Shown in pieces: positions 59,578 through 64,000 of a stretch of 64,000 nucleotides of DNA (position 1 is the stretch's first letter; the number at the start of each line of letters is the position of its first letter). The translations under genes were made by a program, and so were the position numbers. A model generated the notes under the pieces. That model ran no database searches. It was not told where the DNA came from and saw only the letters and a list, made by a program, of their open reading frames with translations. Origin of the DNA: Eledone cirrhosa (lineage: Eukaryota); assembly GCA_964016885.1 (NCBI GenBank), contig OZ024743.1:305722001-305786000 (forward strand). The letters run 5' to 3'.

Positions 59578-59764
59578 ACACACATTTGTATATAGTTCAA
59601 GATAAACAAGATGAACACAGAGATATAATAACTCAAGGTCTTATTAGTTACGCTTGTTGAAAAAGGAAAATGAATGTTTCAACGTATCGGGCGTTAGTCC
59701 ATCATGAAAGGGCAAATTTCGGAGAGAAATGTGGTTGAATAATTGGGAAAAACATATATATATA

Positions 59765-60195
59765 GTTCTCACAGCTGGATCTGTGGCTGAATTAGCAAAA
59801 TCTGGAATCAAAAGGTCTCAGAGTGAACTTAGGAAAGACCAAAGTCTTTATAATTAGAAAAGAACACATACCACTGATTAATCAGGAAAGTATCCATGTT
59901 CTACATGTAGGAGTGTAATTGTTAGGAATCCCATATAATGAACAAATAAACTATGGGTGCGCAAAAGATGTAATGTTATGTGCTGCAGGCCAACGAAAAA
60001 TGTAAACTTAATATGTGGCAGATTCACAGGAGCAATATGCAAGAAGAGCGCACACAAACCAGGCTCTATGAAATGTTCAGCTAATTCTTTAGAAATAAAT
60101 GATAGTTTGTGCTACTTGAGTGATCTAATTAGCAGAGGAAGTAGATGTTCCAGAAGAAGAATATCTAGAGTAAGTAACGTTCAGAGAAGATTCAG
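59765..60195 (+). pseudogene. Degenerate RTE-type LINE fragment with Cys-rich insert
   Basis: YPCSTC, WVRKRC, ICGRF, LEINDSLCYLSDLIS...CS...SR. Confidence 0.5.
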
Positions 60196-60687
60196 GGTGG
60201 GTGGAAAGCTTATTTTGTTTGCGGTTTTAGTTGTTATTGTTACTACAAGTGTTATTGTTGCTGCTGCTGTCATTGTTTTCAGAATTTTAGCTGTCATTGT
60301 TTTCAGAATTTTCTATGGACAGCCGATCATTCCGTTTAGTAGACGCAACATTTTTGTGCAACATCTTAATTTTCGCAGAAAATTTAGGGATGTGTTTGAA
60401 ACAAAACACAGGTGTAGTCCATAAAGGCTGCAGGTAGAGCTAAATTAACCAGATCACGAAGATACTGGTTCGTTTCATTACAAAACAGTCACAAAAGTTC
60501 AATGCAAAAAATTGAATTACTAGTAGAATAGATCAAACTTACACGAGCGATGTAAAACACTCTTGAAAGACTAAACAACAAACATGATAACAAAGATGAT
60601 GACAATAATAGTTATAAGAATAAAAGAAATAACACTTTAATAAACAAAAATTAATGAAAAGATCTCATGCTCAAAGATTTTAATTTG

Positions 60688-60880
60688 AAATAATTGTTTC
60701 TACTTTTGGCACAAGGCCAGCAATTAACCAGTATATTACTAGTACTTTATTTTATCGACCACATAAGGATGAAAGGCAAAGTTAACCTCGGCGGGATTTG
60801 AACTCAGAATGGCAAGGGCCGTAACTCCAAGCGTCAAAGCAAGGCGTCCGACCCTCTACCGATACTGCCAATCCACCGCC
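60688..60880 (-). mobile_element. tRNA-derived SINE, family 1
   Basis: Reverse complement full copy. A further 3' fragment lies at 61187-61260 (+). Confidence 0.85.
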
Positions 60881-61807
60881 CTCTTTACCTTATTTTAAGT
60901 TGAAATAATGTTACGTATATATAATGTTACTTACATAAATAAGTGCGATCTATGTGTCAGTATGCGTTTGTTTGAATGTATGTGAATGACTATGTGTGTG
61001 TGTGTAAGTATTAGTCTCTTTGTGGATATTCTTTTCATTTAGAAAACTAGATAGCTGACATTATTTCCAAAATAATCAAGTTACAGTTGAAATGTTTCCA
61101 ATGTTTCTGCAATAAAAAGAAATTATATATATAATGTTTTTTTTTATAATTTTTTTTTTTTTGTTCATTTACTAAACAGCTCAAAACGGGGTCGATAAAG
61201 TAAAGTACCAGTAATGCACTGGGATAATTGCTGGCCTTGTGCCAACAATAGAAACAATTATATTTTTTTGAAACGTTTTATAAGTATCTAAATTTGTATA
61301 ACCTGACCTCCAAACAACATATCGCTTTGTGACCTAATCTTCTCCACCGTCACCATTTGACGGTTTTGACTATTAGATATTCACACAGAATCTATTGTCC
61401 CATACAAGTGACTATACTTAACACCATAGTAGTTTCTATAACAATAGGATATGTGTTACCACCATACAAGCTCCACACCCATGTTGTTCGCGCCTACCTA
61501 ACCCACCATGCTGTGCATTGAATTGACGAACTTGTTATTCGGAGATGGTCTGTAACAACAATAACATCTATCTCGAAGGCCATCTCCGAATCAAATATTT
61601 TCTGTTCTGTTTATATTTACTCCGGTTGTGTTTGCCGTAAAATTTTATTGATTAAATAATTATGCAATACGGACCTGATGATGTCACTAGGATCTTACGT
61701 AGCCATGCCATTTATATATATTTAATTATTTTAGTTATTTTGACTCTTTCAGTCATCGAGCAAACCTTGTTAAGGCGGACACCACATATACATATGAATA
61801 TGTGTGT

Positions 61808-61985
61808 CAGTATCGGTAGAGGGTCGGACGCCATGCTTTGACGCATTGAGTTACGGCCTTTGCCAATCTGAGTTCAAATCCCGCCGAGGTTAACTTTGCC
61901 TTTTATCCTTATGGGGTCGATAAAATAAAGTACCAGTAATGCACTGGCTAATTGCTGGCCTTGTGCCAAGCAGTAGAAACAATTA
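61808..61985 (+). mobile_element. tRNA-derived SINE, family 1
   Basis: Full copy. Confidence 0.85.
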
Positions 61986-62000
61986 TATATATATATACAT

Positions 62001-63035
62001 AACTGAATCATTCGCTTAATAGAGGTGTTACCTCCCTTGCTGAATCCCACGGGGGGTCAGTAATAGCCACACTATCTATAGCATCTTGGAGCAAAACCCG
62101 TTGATAACACGACTGCCTTGTTCATCATCTCACCAGAAGCCCAACATTCTTTATGTAGGCGGACAGTACCTGATTTGGAGTCGCAGAAACCAATACTGGA
62201 TTTTACCATCAGTCCAGGGTCCGGGAAAGTATCAACACATATATTTTTATTGTTTGACCCGAATTACTTGGTCGTTTTGTTTTGGCTGTGCGGATGATAT
62301 GTTTAACCATCATCTCAGTGTGTTTGGCCCTTAACGTATGTTGTAGCTCTGATTCATATGATTCATCGAGCGCTTGCCACACATATCGGACGTTGATTTT
62401 CGTTAATTCCTGAGCTGAAAACGATTCTCGCTAATTTATATTTGTATTAATCTCCAGAGTCTAGCTATTGAGCAGTTAATTTTATTGATTTTTTCAGTTA
62501 CTTATATTGACTGTTGAATTGCTATGTTATATTTAACCATTCTGTCGAGAGCTTTATTCGATTTGTGATATTTTGCATTCTCGCAATAATACACAACTGA
62601 ATCATTCGCTTAATAGAGGTGTTACCTCCCTTGCTGAATCCCACGAGGGGTCAGTAATAGCCACACTATCTATAGCATCTTGGAGCAAAACCCGTTGATA
62701 ACACGACTGCCTTGTTCATCATCTCACCAGAAGCCCAACATTCTTTATGTAGGCGGACAGTACCTGATTTGGAGTCGCAGAAACCAATACTGGATTTTAC
62801 CATCAGTCCAGGGTCCGGGAAAGTATCAACACATATATTTTTATTGTTTGACCCGAATTACTTGGTCGTTTTGTTTTGGCTGTGCGGATGATATGTTTAA
62901 CCATCATCTCAGTGTGTTTGGCCCTTAACGTATGTTGTAGCTCTGATTCATATGATTCATCGAGCGCTTGCCACACATATCGGACGTTGATTTTCGTTAA
63001 TTCCTGAGCTGAAAACGATTCTCGCTAATTTATAT
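62001..63035 (+). repeat. Near-identical direct repeat of about 440 bp with period 594 bp
   Basis: Identical ORFs at 62086 and 62680. Confidence 0.9.
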
Positions 63036-63085
<50 letters not shown>

Positions 63086-63284
63086 TAATTATGTAATAAA
63101 CAACATAAGGCAATTATTTCATTTACCAGTGGTTTCTTAAAAGCAAAAATATTTTGCTTTCAATCATCAGAATGAAAAAATCCTGGCGTATTTATTGACG
63201 TTGGATTTAAAAAAAAAAAATGCAATCTATATGAAAGTGTGGCTGGAAAAGGAAGGAAAGGAAAAATAAAAATAAAAACACACA

Positions 63285-63320
63285 TGCAAACACACACACA
63301 CACACATAAATATATACATA

Positions 63321-63351
<31 letters not shown>

Positions 63352-63934
63352 ACACACATACATACACACGCACATATATACACACACGCACATATATATG
63401 TGTATATATATACACATACACATACATATACACATACATACATACACACATAAATATCAACATGTGCATACATACACATACATATATATAACCACACACA
63501 TATATATATATACACATACACATACATATACATACACACACACATACATACATACATACACACAATCATACGTATATACACACGTACATATATACACATA
63601 TATACACACATATATACACGCATCATTGCGCATGCACAAAAATAGAAATATATACACACACCTCTACATACTCACACACAAATAAATATAAGAAAAAATA
63701 TATAATAATAAAAAACATAAACATGAATATAAAGACTATTATAATGTTGACAGCGATACAGGCAACAAATAAATGAACAAACACACGTGGTAAGCAATAC
63801 ACACAAATGCACGTACACATACATACGTAAAAATAAATACATACACACACTCTCACACATAAATATACATATACAAATACATAAACACATACATACGCAT
63901 ACACAAATACATACACACACATACATATACACAA

Positions 63935-63975
<41 letters not shown>

Positions 63976-64000
63976 TACATACATAACCATACAAATATAC
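63285..64000. repeat. (CA)/(TA)/(TACA) low-complexity tract
   Basis: Seen directly. Confidence 0.9.

Noticed and set aside
59660-59712. Degenerate HHR-like motif on the minus strand (similar weak case near 49020)
   Set aside because: Core boxes are mutated and stems I and III cannot be formed.
63125-63185. Possible minus-strand micro-exon or HHR-like CTGATGA-tt-GAAA
   Set aside because: No stem II or stem I pairing. Splice-like dinucleotides alone do not support an exon.

Overview
AT-rich, repeat-saturated animal genomic DNA, probably octopus (inferred from the SINE/LINE repertoire and very long (TA)n/(TACA)n tracts). No host protein-coding gene could be supported, and most long ORFs in the track are microsatellite translations. 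The window holds at least seven decayed Penelope-like retroelements (PLEs; RT plus GIY-YIG), a near-full CR1/L2-group LINE, RTE-type fragments, an R4/Dong-like RLE element, a Tc1/mariner remnant and tRNA-derived SINEs. The main hidden signal is RNA-level. By eye I count about 30 hammerhead-ribozyme (HHR) motifs, including partial and degenerate ones, in about ten sequence families. Most lie in PLE 3' ends (pseudo-LTRs). Two related non-coding families at 34.3-37.4 kb form tandem 460-bp and 471-bp units, each with one minimal type I HHR, i.e. candidate non-LTR retrozymes that could make circular RNAs. Many of these elements share a 'long copy plus inverted partial copy' architecture and end in (TA)n. 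All calls are from manual reading, and element boundaries are approximate.
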